Shown here one piece after another: positions 40,811 to 50,940 of a stretch of 64,000 nt of DNA; positions within the stretch are counted from its first letter, which is position 1, and each line of letters starts with the position of its first letter. The notes beneath the pieces were generated by a model. It made no database searches. It was not told the DNA's origin and saw nothing but the letters and a program-made list of their open reading frames with translations. Source of the stretch: Synechococcus sp. Lineage in GTDB: Bacteria; Cyanobacteriota; Cyanobacteriia; Thermostichales; PCC-7336. Where the stretch lies: contig JBFRWN010000142.1 in the NCBI GenBank assembly GCA_051439605.1, positions 34,009 through 98,008 of the forward strand, read 5' to 3'. The translations under genes were made by a program, and so were the position numbers.

Positions 40811-41605
40811 ATGACCTGCACCCCTCTTCGGCTACAATCCCTTTCTCAAGCAGAACCTCAATGGTGCAAGGAGATACGGCTAGTGGCAACAGATATGGAT
40901 GGAACCTTGACACTAGCTGGAAAATTCACTCCTGATTTGCTGCAAGCATTTGAAGCCCTTCAGCAGCAAGGAATTCAGGTTTTGCTGGTGACGGGTCGCT
41001 CGGCGGGATGGGTCAGCGGAATTGTCAATTATCTGAACGTGTTTGGGGCGATCGCCGAAAATGGTGGCATTTTTTATCCTGCTCAGGGGGAACCAGCCGG
41101 GCATCTGCTAACGAATATCGCAGATATCAGCAGCCATCGACAAAATTTAGAGGCGGTTTTCGAGCACCTCAAATCCCATTTTCCCCAGTTAACACCAGCA
41201 GCGGATAATGCATTTCGCCTGACAGACTGGACGTTTTCCAACCCTTCTTTTTCGGCCCCAGTCCTAGACCGCATGCAGGAGCTATGTGCAGAGTGGGGAT
41301 GGGGATTTACCTACAGCTCCATTCAATGTCACATCAAGCCAGCTCAGCAGGAAAAGGGCAATGCCCTCTTGCGCGTGAGTCAGCAATTCCTGAACGGAAT
41401 GATGCCCGGCCAGCTCGTAACAGTGGGCGATAGCCCCAACGACGAGAGTTTATTTCGCTCGGCAGATTTCCCTCATTCGGTGGGTGTAGCCAACATTGGG
41501 GCCTATTGCGATCGCCTGCAGTTCTGTCCTGCATTAGTTACCACAGCTTCGGAAGGAAAAGGATTCTGTGAGTTCGTGGAGTGGTTGCTGGAGCGATCGG
41601 TTTAG
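40811..41605 (+). CDS. HAD-superfamily (IIB) hydrolase
   Basis: DMDGT, VTGR and GDSPND; starts 1 nt after the kinase stop. Confidence 0.9.
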   Translation: MTCTPLRLQSLSQAEPQWCKEIRLVATDMDGTLTLAGKFTPDLLQAFEALQQQGIQVLLVTGRSAGWVSGIVNYLNVFGAIAENGGIFYPAQGEPAGHLLTNIADISSHRQNLEAVFEHLKSHFPQLTPAADNAFRLTDWTFSNPSFSAPVLDRMQELCAEWGWGFTYSSIQCHIKPAQQEKGNALLRVSQQFLNGMMPGQLVTVGDSPNDESLFRSADFPHSVGVANIGAYCDRLQFCPALVTTASEGKGFCEFVEWLLERSV

Positions 41606-42080
41606 TTAGAGGTGTTTACGTTTTTGGCGGTAGGGGATGCGGATGTTGGCCGGATCGGCCTATCTATTGTCCGAAAAACTCCTCGCTGATATACCTTGAC
41701 GAACCGAAAAAACTGTGAATGAAATTTTGCTAAGGCCCCAAAGACTATGACTGAGCCTAAAATTTTGTTGCTGTCGTTATCCAAACTCGACGGGATCGGG
41801 GGCTGACTGGCCTGAGACGCCAAAAGGGGATAACTTTGATAACACTCTATGTCTCTCTGGTACATTGACCTAGTTTGACGTGAAACAATAATTAAAAAAC
41901 TTAAGAACCGTGCTGTTGTCCTCAAAAATTGAAGTAGACCCAAAATTACTTCCATGTATGCAGGTAGAAACTGGTACGGATTCGTTTCGTGGTTCGCTAG
42001 AGCCAGCATTAGGTTTCTGCATACGGCGTCTTTCAATACATTCATTTCTCACACTGTTTCGGTAATGGAGAAGTTACACT

Positions 42081-42812
42081 TTGGATACTCAAAGGAAAGA
42101 GCGCATTCTAGTGGTGGATGACGAAGCTAGTATCCGCCGCATCCTAGAAACTCGTCTCTCGATGATCGGTTACGACGTTGTAACCGCTTCAGATGGAGAG
42201 GAAGCACTTGATGTGTTTCGCAATCAAGATCCCGATCTAGTGGTGTTAGATGTGATGATGCCGAAGTTGGATGGCTACGGTGTCTGCCAAGAATTACGCA
42301 AAGAGTCAGACATCCCGATCATTATGCTGACGGCTTTAGGGGATGTTGCAGACCGCATCACCGGTCTAGAATTGGGGGCCGATGACTACGTCGTTAAGCC
42401 TTTTTCCCCGAAGGAATTAGAGGCGCGAATTCGCTCGGTATTACGTCGAGTCGAGAAGTCTAACTCTGCTGGAATTCCCAGTTCGGGTGTCATCCACGTC
42501 AACACCCTGCGCATCGACACCAACAAGCGCCAGGTATATAAAGGTGACGAACGCATTCGCCTCACTGGCATGGAATTCAGTCTATTAGAGTTGCTGGTGG
42601 GCCGTTCTGGAGAACCGTTCTCTCGTTCCGAGATTCTTCAAGAGGTGTGGGGATACACCCCAGAACGTCACGTCGATACGCGCGTGGTTGACGTACACAT
42701 TTCCCGCCTGCGCGCCAAGTTAGAGGATGACCCTAGCAACCCCGAGCTGATTCTGACGGCGCGGGGCACGGGCTATCTCTTCCAGCGCATTGTTAAGGAC
42801 GATGAAGAGTAG
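42081..42812 (+). CDS. rpaB: OmpR-family response regulator RpaB (Ycf27)
   Basis: ILVVDDEASIRRILETRLSMIGY...WGYTPERHVDTRVVDVHISRLR; TTG start. Confidence 0.98.
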   Translation: MDTQRKERILVVDDEASIRRILETRLSMIGYDVVTASDGEEALDVFRNQDPDLVVLDVMMPKLDGYGVCQELRKESDIPIIMLTALGDVADRITGLELGADDYVVKPFSPKELEARIRSVLRRVEKSNSAGIPSSGVIHVNTLRIDTNKRQVYKGDERIRLTGMEFSLLELLVGRSGEPFSRSEILQEVWGYTPERHVDTRVVDVHISRLRAKLEDDPSNPELILTARGTGYLFQRIVKDDEE

Positions 42813-42939
42813 TTAGCCGATGCACTATAACTGACTGCTTACCCACTGCTCAACCTCCGCTGCCCTTTGCTGTAAGGCAGGGCGCTCGGGTCAAAGTTTA
42901 GGGATTCTTCTTTCTCCTACCGATTCCATTAAACGATTG

Positions 42940-42969
42940 ATGCCCGCCCAAGCAAGCTTGGGCGGGCAT
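42940..42969. terminator. Hairpin between convergent rpaB and cobW (probable bidirectional terminator)
   Basis: ATGCCCGCCCAAGC-AA-GCTTGGGCGGGCAT, a perfect inverted repeat. Confidence 0.75.
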
Positions 42970-43007
42970 TTACTTTGCGGGTCACCGAGCTCGATTAGCA
43001 ATGGCAA

Positions 43008-44045
43008 CTAGCGGGCTAACGACTCAAGCCTTTGGCGCATGGCAGCTTCGTTCAGGTTTTTGCCGATGAATACTAGTTGGGTCATCCTTGCCTCGCCAGA
43101 TCTCCAGGGGCGGTCAAAGAAATGGTCGAACCGCTGACCCACTCCCTGCAAAGCCAGGCGCATCGGCTTACCTACTACACTCACAAATCCTTTGACTCGA
43201 TAAAGTTCCTGCTCGAGAGACAACTGATGCAAGGCCTCTTTAAGCATGTTGACCTCGAATGCTTGCTCCAATTGCAGTTGGATGGACGATATATCTTCGT
43301 CATGATCGTGCTCGTGATGATGCTCGCCATCGTGATGGCTAGGCCGGGCACCGAGATCTTCTTCAGCAGCAGCATTAAATCCTAATAAGAGTTCAGGGGA
43401 CAGCGTGCCGTAGCGGGACTGTATTTGCTTCACCTCGCGGGGTAAGCGCGATCGCACAAAATTCTGTACCTGCGCTAGTTGGGGATCGTCTACGAGGTCA
43501 GTTTTATTCAAAATCACTAAATCTGCGCAGGCCAATTGGTCTTCAAATAACTCTTCTAATTCCGCCTCGTGATTGAGGTTGTCATCTGCCTCCCGTTGGG
43601 CGTTGACGGCATCGACATCGTCGGCAAACGTTCCCGCCGCCACTGCTGCACAGTCCACCACCGTTAACACTCCATCCACCGTGGCTCCGTTGCGAATCTC
43701 TGGCCATCGAAACGCCTTCACTAGGGGTTTAGGTAACGCCAATCCAGACGTTTCGATCACGATGTGATCGATTTCATCTCGCCGTTCTAACAGGTCGAGC
43801 ATAGTGGGCAAAAACTCTTCCTGAACCGTGCAACACAAGCAGCCATTGGTTAACTCCACCAACTTGTCATCTTCACAGCTAGAGCAAGAGGATAGTAGTT
43901 CTTTATCAATCCCCAGCTCGCCAAATTCGTTGACCACCACCGCTAAGCGGCGACCTCTAGCGTTTTCTAGCAGATGACGCACTAGAGTGGTTTTTCCACT
44001 GCCCAAGAAACCAGAAATCACAGTGACGGGAATTTTGGCAGCCAT
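43008..44045 (-). CDS. cobW: Cobalamin biosynthesis GTPase CobW
   Basis: KIPVTVISGFLGSGKTT, GCLCC, ETSGLA, NKTD and a His-rich patch. Confidence 0.95.
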   Translation of the reverse strand: MAAKIPVTVISGFLGSGKTTLVRHLLENARGRRLAVVVNEFGELGIDKELLSSCSSCEDDKLVELTNGCLCCTVQEEFLPTMLDLLERRDEIDHIVIETSGLALPKPLVKAFRWPEIRNGATVDGVLTVVDCAAVAAGTFADDVDAVNAQREADDNLNHEAELEELFEDQLACADLVILNKTDLVDDPQLAQVQNFVRSRLPREVKQIQSRYGTLSPELLLGFNAAAEEDLGARPSHHDGEHHHEHDHDEDISSIQLQLEQAFEVNMLKEALHQLSLEQELYRVKGFVSVVGKPMRLALQGVGQRFDHFFDRPWRSGEARMTQLVFIGKNLNEAAMRQRLESLAR

Positions 44046-44123
44046 TAGCAGTTTGCACCTCGACAGGGGGTAGCGGATAAAGCCAAACAAGCATAGCATC
44101 CGCCATGGCGTGACTTCTGGCGG

Positions 44124-44393
44124 CTATTCATCCTCCCCGTAGCGCTCGGGAAACATATCCTCCAGCGTTTGCCATCCGGCAATCCACAGTTGGCGATTTT
44201 TCAAAACTTTCGCATTCAGCCACAGTTCCACACTGTCGTCACACACGCATCCTAAATGAGCAAATAACACCCCCGATCGCTCCTGGCGCGCCTTCACTTG
44301 AAAGTGTCGCCATCCCATCACTGGTTTGACCGCAGTCCATTTAGAACCCAGTAAATGGGGAAACTTTTGTTTGCGATGTTTACGTTTAGCCAT
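44124..44393 (-). CDS. Trp-rich conserved protein (TIGR02450-like)
   Basis: LLGSKWTA.....GWRHF.V...LKNR..W..GW. Confidence 0.85.
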   Translation of the reverse strand: MAKRKHRKQKFPHLLGSKWTAVKPVMGWRHFQVKARQERSGVLFAHLGCVCDDSVELWLNAKVLKNRQLWIAGWQTLEDMFPERYGEDE

Positions 44394-44539
44394 ATCTAGT
44401 CATTGTTAAGGGCTTGCCTTGACTCGACCCCGAGAACCCCTGTGTGGGGGTAGTCAAAAAGAAGTCCTGATGCTTAAGTGAAGTTTTCTTAAGATACGCG
44501 ATAGACTTGTTTTATTACAGAATCAAAAAACCGAGTCTT

Positions 44540-44944
44540 ATGTGGGTGTTCAAGAATTGGCAAAAGCAGTTGTGGCAAGTGGCGATGGGGCTCACTTTGT
44601 CAATTTGCTTGGGCGTCTTGTTGGCACCGACATCTTTTGCGGCTGAATCTTTTGCAGCGAAGCTCGCCTTGTCGGCTGACAGTTATGGTGAGGAATGGTT
44701 AGACGCGTCCCCCACCGATAAATTGCAGTACTGCCGCTATGCTTTTACTGCCTTTCGGTCTGCCCCCTCCACCAGCTACATCATCAGCTCTAACGTGCAG
44801 GACATCTCTCCCGAGGGAGTCTGTACCCGACTGGATCAGTTTTATAGCTTTGATATCAACCAGGAGTTTTCTCTCAGCGAAGCCGCAGGACTTGCCCCCC
44901 TGCTGTTCGCGGATGTTTCCATGGACTTTAAGCTTGAGAAATAG
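44540..44944 (+). CDS. Hypothetical secreted protein
   Basis: Signal-peptide-like N-terminus and two Cys in the mature part. Confidence 0.65.
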   Translation: MWVFKNWQKQLWQVAMGLTLSICLGVLLAPTSFAAESFAAKLALSADSYGEEWLDASPTDKLQYCRYAFTAFRSAPSTSYIISSNVQDISPEGVCTRLDQFYSFDINQEFSLSEAAGLAPLLFADVSMDFKLEK

Positions 44945-45115
44945 TGCTCTTGTGCTTTGCTGACCAGTGCTAGTCTCGATCGATAAAAAGTTAGATTGGA
45001 AATCTACTATAGGTCAGCCGCTAGCGAGCCACTAACCCCTCTAACTGTTTCACTCGCTTGATGTCACGCTTATTTCGATGGGGTCAGACCATCCAGTTCA
45101 AACTTGTAATCTCAG

Positions 45116-45928
45116 ATGTTGAAAAAACTGCTCGGCTTTAAAAATCGCAAGAACATCGCCCGGATAGAAATTTCAGGGGCGATCGATGGCCGCACTCGCA
45201 ATCGAGTCTTGAAGGCCATCAAGCAGGTGGAGGAGGCCAACTTTTCCGTCCTCGTTATACGCATCGACAGCCCTGGAGGTACGGTGGTGGATTCCCACGA
45301 AATCTATCAAGCACTGTTGGAACTTCAGGACAAGGGCACCAAAGTTGTGGCAAGCTTCGGCAATATTGCGGCATCCGGCGGCGTCTATATCGCTATGGGG
45401 GCAAACCATGTGATTTCGAACCCCGGTACCATCACTGGAAGCGTGGGAGTGATCCTGCGGGGCAACAACCTAGAACGGCTCTTGGACAAAGTAGGTGTGT
45501 CCTTTAAGGTGATCAAGTCAGGCCCCTACAAAGACATTCTGTCCTTCGATCGCGAGCTCACCCCCTCAGAGCAGCAGATTCTCCAGTCTCTGATTGACAG
45601 CACTTACAGCCAGTTCGTGCAAACCATCGTCAAGGCGCGCGATCTCAGTTTGGCCGCGGTTCATGCCTTTGCGGACGGTCGAATTTTCAGCGGGGAGCAA
45701 GCCAAAGAGCTGGGGCTTGTCGATCGCCTCGGCACCGAAGAAGACGCCCGCAAATGGGCTGCAGAGCTGGGGGGGCTAGAGGTTGAATATGCCAAGTTCG
45801 TGGACTTTGGCAAGGAAAAAAATAGAGGGCTGCTGGGTCGACTGTTGCCCGGACAGGAGTTATTGCTGCAGAGGGCTGAGTTTGAGTTAATGACCTCGGG
45901 CTTACCGCTGTGGATGTACTCTCCTTAG
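45116..45928 (+). CDS. sppA: Signal peptide peptidase SppA, short (36K) type
   Basis: RIDSPGG, AASGGVY, TITGSVGV, SGPYKD and ADGRIFSG. Confidence 0.95.
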   Translation: MLKKLLGFKNRKNIARIEISGAIDGRTRNRVLKAIKQVEEANFSVLVIRIDSPGGTVVDSHEIYQALLELQDKGTKVVASFGNIAASGGVYIAMGANHVISNPGTITGSVGVILRGNNLERLLDKVGVSFKVIKSGPYKDILSFDRELTPSEQQILQSLIDSTYSQFVQTIVKARDLSLAAVHAFADGRIFSGEQAKELGLVDRLGTEEDARKWAAELGGLEVEYAKFVDFGKEKNRGLLGRLLPGQELLLQRAEFELMTSGLPLWMYSP

Positions 45929-46208
45929 CGGGCAAACAATTCAAAGCGGACATTAAGCACTTGGCACGCAAAACCGTGGACTTCTGTACAAAAACTCCCA
46001 TCAATGATGGGTGCTAGGATTGCACATCAATGGTTACGCTGTTGCGCAATGGGTGTGGAAATTGAGTTCTCACCACAGGTCTAGCACAGCACTCCAGAAC
46101 GGACGGACTTGGGTGTTCTGTGGTTAACTATGTACATCAAGGTCGCAGCCATAACTCTATGTCTGAGGTTGCGGAGACTAAATTTACAAGGCATACCAAC
46201 TTAGTTAC

Positions 46209-47333
46209 GTGCGAGTCCTGCATATCATCAACGGCGAACACTATGCGGGCGCAGAGCGCGTGCAAGATTTGCTCGCCATAAAACTGAACAATCTCGGTTA
46301 CGAAATAGGATTTGCTTGTATCAAGCCAGGAGAATTTCCGCAGCGGCGGATGGCGAAGCTTGCACGACTGCATTGTGTTCCAATGTCATCGCGATTAGAC
46401 TTGTGGGCTGCATTCAGACTCGCTCGCATCGTCAAAGAAAATCAGTATCGACTGATTCACACGCATACCGCACGCAGCGCATTGGTTGGACGAATTGTCA
46501 GCTTCGTGTCGGGAGTCCCTATGGTACATCACGTACATAGCCCAACGGCGCGAGATACGGAGAGCTGGATCCGCAATATCCTCAATACAGCCTCTCAGAA
46601 ATTCAGTCTACTGGGCACCAAATACTTGATTGCAGTGTCGGATAGCCTTGCCACATATATGCAGGAGTGTGGTCTTGGTGAAAAACCTATCAAAGTGATT
46701 CCGAATGGAGTGCCCAGCCGACCACAGCTAACCTCTAAGGAAAGGCCGCAGACTGATTGGGCGATCGGCTGTATTGCCTTGTTCAGACCCCGTAAAGGTC
46801 TAGAAATTTTGCTCGAAGCACTTGCTCAACTCCATGCTGAAGACTTTCGCGTAACGCTTCTTGCCGTGGGTGGATTTGAGACACCCGAATACGAGGATTT
46901 TATCAAACGGAGATCTGTTCAATTAGGTGTCGAGAGCAAGATTGTTTGGGCTGGTTTTCGTGAGGATGTGAATGCTGAATTGGCAAAAATGGATCTTTTC
47001 GTTTTGCCCAGCCTATTCGGCGAAGGCATGCCAATGGTTATCCTTGAGGCAATGGCAATGGGCGTGCCGGTTTTAGCGTCTGCTGTTGAAGGGGTCCCGG
47101 AGGTCCTAGAACACAACCTCAGTGGATTGTTGGTACCACCGGGCGATCCCGATGCACTCGCTGATGCCATTGCGAACCTTATTCAGGGGAAGAGTGACTG
47201 GGGTGCGCTGCGCGAGGCTGCGTATCGTGCTCAGGTAGAGCGCTATTCCGATGAGACCATGGCTGCAGCTGTAGCTCAGATTTATGGTGAGGTTCTAGCG
47301 GATGGTGTCGCAAGCTCTGCGCCTACTGGTTGA
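46209..47333 (+). CDS. Glycosyltransferase family 4
   Basis: GAER, IHTH, IPNGV, RKG and EGMPMVILEAMAMG; GTG start. Confidence 0.92.
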   Translation: MRVLHIINGEHYAGAERVQDLLAIKLNNLGYEIGFACIKPGEFPQRRMAKLARLHCVPMSSRLDLWAAFRLARIVKENQYRLIHTHTARSALVGRIVSFVSGVPMVHHVHSPTARDTESWIRNILNTASQKFSLLGTKYLIAVSDSLATYMQECGLGEKPIKVIPNGVPSRPQLTSKERPQTDWAIGCIALFRPRKGLEILLEALAQLHAEDFRVTLLAVGGFETPEYEDFIKRRSVQLGVESKIVWAGFREDVNAELAKMDLFVLPSLFGEGMPMVILEAMAMGVPVLASAVEGVPEVLEHNLSGLLVPPGDPDALADAIANLIQGKSDWGALREAAYRAQVERYSDETMAAAVAQIYGEVLADGVASSAPTG

Positions 47334-47495
47334 CCGTTTCGTTTACCTACTTTTGACAACATTCTCTATCTGATGGCAAGTGCTGGAGCGAGCCCAATGG
47401 CCCGCCCCCCTTATCAAGATCGAGCGTTGCTTAATAGTGGCATCCATATAGTGGCATCCATTGTGCTGAAATCCCCCAACACACTGAGACACTCT

Positions 47496-48767
47496 ATGGC
47501 TACTATGGAAAAAAATCTATCGCACGCCCCGATGAATTCACTGCGCTATCCTATTCGTCTCGCTGCTGCTCTTACCTTTGCGGGTCTGTTATCCGTTCAG
47601 CTAGCTGTCCCCAGTCAAGCAGAGCTGCGCAGCAACCCCAAAGAGATTGTCGACGAAGTCTGGCAGGTGGTGCACCGCGAATTCGTCGACGAAGACTTTA
47701 ACGAATTAAATTGGGAAGCTCGCAGACAAGAATTGCTGGCCCGTAGCTACGTTACTGAAGAAGATGCTTACAGCGAGATTCGCCAAACACTGGCTGATTT
47801 AGGGGACCCCTTTACCCGCTTTCTCGACCCCGATGCTTTTTCCCAAATGCAAATCGATACCGCTGGTGAACTGACAGGTGTTGGCATGCAGCTGAGGGCT
47901 GCTGAAGAAACCGGGGAACTGGTGGTAGAGGCACCCACAGTAGGTGCACCGGCTTCCGAAGCAGGCATACGAGCGGGTGATATCCTAACGCAGATTGACG
48001 GTAAATCTACGGCTGGTATGGAGTTGACCGAAGCGGTCAACCTCATTCGCGGAGAGGTGGACACCGATGTGGAATTGACCGTGCGGCGGGAATCAGAACA
48101 TCTCAGCTTTACAGTAACCCGTGCCGTTATTGCTCTACCGGTAGTGCGGCATCGCATTCAGCAGGAGAGGGGAAAAGCGATCGGTTATATTCGCCTGTCA
48201 CAGTTTAGCCGTCATTCTGATGAGGAAATGCAGGCAGCTTTGGAGGAACTTGAAGCAGCCAATGTTGATGGATACGTACTGGACTTGCGCTCTAATCCGG
48301 GGGGGCTATTGTATGACAGCACGGAGATTGCCCGCATGTTTATCGATGAAGGCATCATCGTGTCGGTGAACGATCGCGACGGGGTACGGGAGGTGGTGGA
48401 GGCCACAGGCACCGCTATGTCCGACAAACCCTTGGCGGTGTTAGTCAACGGTGGTTCCGCCAGTGCTAGCGAAATTGTGGCTGGGGCACTGCAGGATAAC
48501 AGTCGTGCAGTCTTGGTAGGCGGTAAAACCTACGGTAAAGGCTCGGTTCAATCGGTCCATAACCTGTCGGGGGGCACAGGGTTAGCTGTCACCATCGCCC
48601 GTTATGTCACTCCCTCCGGTCACGACATCAACCACAAGGGGATTGAGCCAGACATCAAAGTGGAGCTGAGTCGACCGCAAGCTCTACAACTCTCCCTCGA
48701 TCCAGACAAAATCGGGACTTCTGCCGATCCTCAGTATGCTGCAGCTGTTCGGGCCCTGAACCTCTAA
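47496..48767 (+). CDS. S41A carboxyl-terminal processing protease (CtpB/CtpC-like) with PDZ
   Basis: LGDPFTRF, DLRSNPGG, SASASE and GKGSVQ; start uncertain. Confidence 0.95.
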   Translation: MATMEKNLSHAPMNSLRYPIRLAAALTFAGLLSVQLAVPSQAELRSNPKEIVDEVWQVVHREFVDEDFNELNWEARRQELLARSYVTEEDAYSEIRQTLADLGDPFTRFLDPDAFSQMQIDTAGELTGVGMQLRAAEETGELVVEAPTVGAPASEAGIRAGDILTQIDGKSTAGMELTEAVNLIRGEVDTDVELTVRRESEHLSFTVTRAVIALPVVRHRIQQERGKAIGYIRLSQFSRHSDEEMQAALEELEAANVDGYVLDLRSNPGGLLYDSTEIARMFIDEGIIVSVNDRDGVREVVEATGTAMSDKPLAVLVNGGSASASEIVAGALQDNSRAVLVGGKTYGKGSVQSVHNLSGGTGLAVTIARYVTPSGHDINHKGIEPDIKVELSRPQALQLSLDPDKIGTSADPQYAAAVRALNL

Positions 48768-48856
48768 ACACCGACCTGAAAGCTTTAGCTGCGATCGCTC
48801 AACCTTTACTCGCTCCAGCAAGCATACTGGGGGGAGATGCATAGAGAACCCCCAGC

Positions 48857-49246
48857 TTGAAGTCGCAACACAACGCGGTTGTTGCCGCCAACAAGGCCTT
48901 TTATCGTGCGTTTGAGAAACGCAATTTCGAACGGATGGAGGCCGTGTGGTCGCAGGGAAGCGACTGTTTGTGCGCCCATCCCGGTCGTCTGCCTCTCAAG
49001 GGATGGCCCGAGATCGGTGACTCTTGGCAAAAGATCTTTCGCAACATCGACTACATCGAAATCGAAACAGACGTTATCTCCGTGCAGGTGAGTGGCGATA
49101 TCGCCTACGTGGTGTTGGTAGAGAAGGTGATGCAGGTGGTCAAACGGCGTCGCATCGAGGCGGAGTCGCTAGCCACCAACGTGTTCGAATGCATGGGGGG
49201 GCAATGGTATTTGGTGCATCACCACGGCAGTCCACTGGTGAGTTGA
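48857..49246 (+). CDS. NTF2/SnoaL-like family protein
   Basis: ANKAFYRAF, C.HPG....GW and ATNVF.....W.LVHHHGS. Confidence 0.88.
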   Translation: MKSQHNAVVAANKAFYRAFEKRNFERMEAVWSQGSDCLCAHPGRLPLKGWPEIGDSWQKIFRNIDYIEIETDVISVQVSGDIAYVVLVEKVMQVVKRRRIEAESLATNVFECMGGQWYLVHHHGSPLVS

Positions 49247-49309
49247 GTCACCAAGTACGACCTCTTGAGAGTTAGAGAACCAAGTTCCATGGGGATTCCA
49301 GCTCAGTGT

Positions 49310-50590
49310 TTAAGACCCCAAGGCCCCAATGTTTACCGAGCTGTCGGCCTCCGATCGCAGTATTTTTTGTCTTGCCGCAATGGAATCGGCAATATATCGG
49401 GCATCCCGAGCTACCCCCGACATGCGTCCAGACCCCCAGGTGTACAGCCAAGGGAGACCTAAAAAATACAACCCCTCTGCCTTGGTAATACCGCGATCGT
49501 GAACTGGATAGCCATCTCCGTTGAATACCGGTACGTTAATCCACCGGAAGTTGGTGTGGAAGCCAGTGGACCAAATCACCGTCTCAATCCCTACAGCATC
49601 GCAATCGAGGGCGTCAAGTTCGGGGGGGACTGCGATTTCCTCTTCTGGAGGAGCTGCGGGGGCATCAATGGTGTTGTCTGCGATGTAGTTATCAATGGTG
49701 GCCTTCATGCTGTTAGCCACGGCATCAGCTTTATCTAGGTTCTCTTGCAGGTCTGGGCTGAACCGGACCAAAGGGCCATCGATGTGTTTCAACCGCCCAG
49801 CTAGGGTCATGCCCTCTGACGCCAGCTTGCGCAGGTTAATTTCCCGCCCACCGTCCCGGCCGGTTAGATAGTGATTGGTTTTCTTGCGGACTTGCTCGGG
49901 CTTCTCATAAGAGTCAATCGGGGTGTCGTAGTAACCCATGAGGTCAAACCAATCCACGACATCTTTGCCTCGATACATGCGGGGCGATCGCGGGGCGCTA
50001 CCAACGCTGAGATAGACCTTGTGTTTGGCAAAATGCAAATCTTCGGCAATTTGGCAGCCCGATTGACCGGACCCCACGACCAGTACTGCCCCATCAGGAA
50101 CGGATGCGGGATTTTTGTAAATGGAAGAATGAATCTGCTTGATGTGGGTCGGGAGGCGTTCGGCAATGCGTGGAATATTTGGGGTGTGGTAACCTCCAGT
50201 TGCTACAACAACGGAATGGGCAGTGAAGTCGCCGATGGAAGTGCTGACTTGATAGCCCTGATTTTCGCCATCTCGCTGAACCTTTGTGACTTCCACCCCT
50301 TCTTTCAGCGGGGCATTGAAGGATCGGGCATAGTCTTCGAGATATTTCACAATCTCATGTTTGGGCATAAACCCGTTGGGCTCCGAGCCCTGGTAAGGAA
50401 ATCCCGGTAGTTGACATTGCCAATTGGGGGTGACTAAACAAAAGGAGTCCCACCGTTGCGATCTCCAAGCGTGGGCCACTTGATTTCTTTCAAAAATGAT
50501 GTTGTCAATGCCCCGCTCTTGCAAGCAGAAGCTAATGGATAATCCTGCCTGACCGCCTCCAATAATGATGCTGGGATAGTGAGTTTTCAT
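49310..50590 (-). CDS. nitH: MSMEG_0569-family flavin-dependent oxidoreductase (Nit1C NitH)
   Basis: GGGQAG, RWDSFCLVTPNWQC.LPG, GSGQSGCQIAEDL and FLGLPWLYTWGSGR; ATG at 50590 fits the promoter position. Confidence 0.92.
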   Translation of the reverse strand: MKTHYPSIIIGGGQAGLSISFCLQERGIDNIIFERNQVAHAWRSQRWDSFCLVTPNWQCQLPGFPYQGSEPNGFMPKHEIVKYLEDYARSFNAPLKEGVEVTKVQRDGENQGYQVSTSIGDFTAHSVVVATGGYHTPNIPRIAERLPTHIKQIHSSIYKNPASVPDGAVLVVGSGQSGCQIAEDLHFAKHKVYLSVGSAPRSPRMYRGKDVVDWFDLMGYYDTPIDSYEKPEQVRKKTNHYLTGRDGGREINLRKLASEGMTLAGRLKHIDGPLVRFSPDLQENLDKADAVANSMKATIDNYIADNTIDAPAAPPEEEIAVPPELDALDCDAVGIETVIWSTGFHTNFRWINVPVFNGDGYPVHDRGITKAEGLYFLGLPWLYTWGSGRMSGVARDARYIADSIAARQKILRSEADSSVNIGALGS

Positions 50591-50616
50591 AGGCAGCGCA
50601 ATCAACCAATATGCGC

Positions 50617-50658
50617 ACCTTAGAGGGCGATTCTCAGGAAACCTGTATTCTGTATTAC
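50617..50658 (-). promoter_or_regulatory. Class II NtcA-activated promoter for nitH
   Basis: GTA-N8-TAC at 50645-50658, then 22 nt, then -10 TAAGGT (minus strand 50622-50617). Confidence 0.8.
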
Positions 50659-50733
50659 CAAATTTTGAACTTCGATCGTTTAGTCAAGTCTTTGGCTACA
50701 AGCGGCTTCAATCGGGCTGAAATTTTCTGCTTT

Positions 50734-50753
50734 ACCTATCGATTTCACCAATT
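50734..50753 (-). promoter_or_regulatory. Lux-box-like operator (one conserved half-site) upstream of nitH
   Basis: Minus strand AATTGGTGAAATCGATAGGT; the proximal TCGATAGGT is identical to the nitB box; 75 nt from the NtcA site. Confidence 0.6.
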
Positions 50754-50940
50754 GAAATGCAGGCAGTGAGGGTGAATTCTCAGTATTCTGTTGTGCTTGT
50801 TACAAAGCGAGCGCACTAGCTGCGACTCAATCGAGATAGGGAAACAATAGCGTTCGCTTGACGTACCTGAATTTGCCTCGAAGCGAACAACGCTTTCCAC
50901 TTCCCCTGACTGCCATTCAGCGTTGCCCGCATTGGATTCT

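Noticed and set aside
41964..41977. GTA-N8-TAC upstream of rpaB (GTAGAAACTGGTAC)
   Set aside because: It lacks the T/A flanks and has no TAN3T at the 22-nt position; likely chance.
41602..42045. 147-aa minus-strand ORF upstream of rpaB
   Set aside because: No recognisable motif, and it overlaps the expected rpaB promoter region.
44046..44506. Cobalamin riboswitch upstream of cobW (also looked for before cobS)
   Set aside because: No B12-box or GGGAA/GCCACTG pattern recognised.
50789..50804. TGTT-N8-TACA variant NtcA site upstream of the GAF-LuxR gene
   Set aside because: One core mismatch and no appropriately spaced -10 box.
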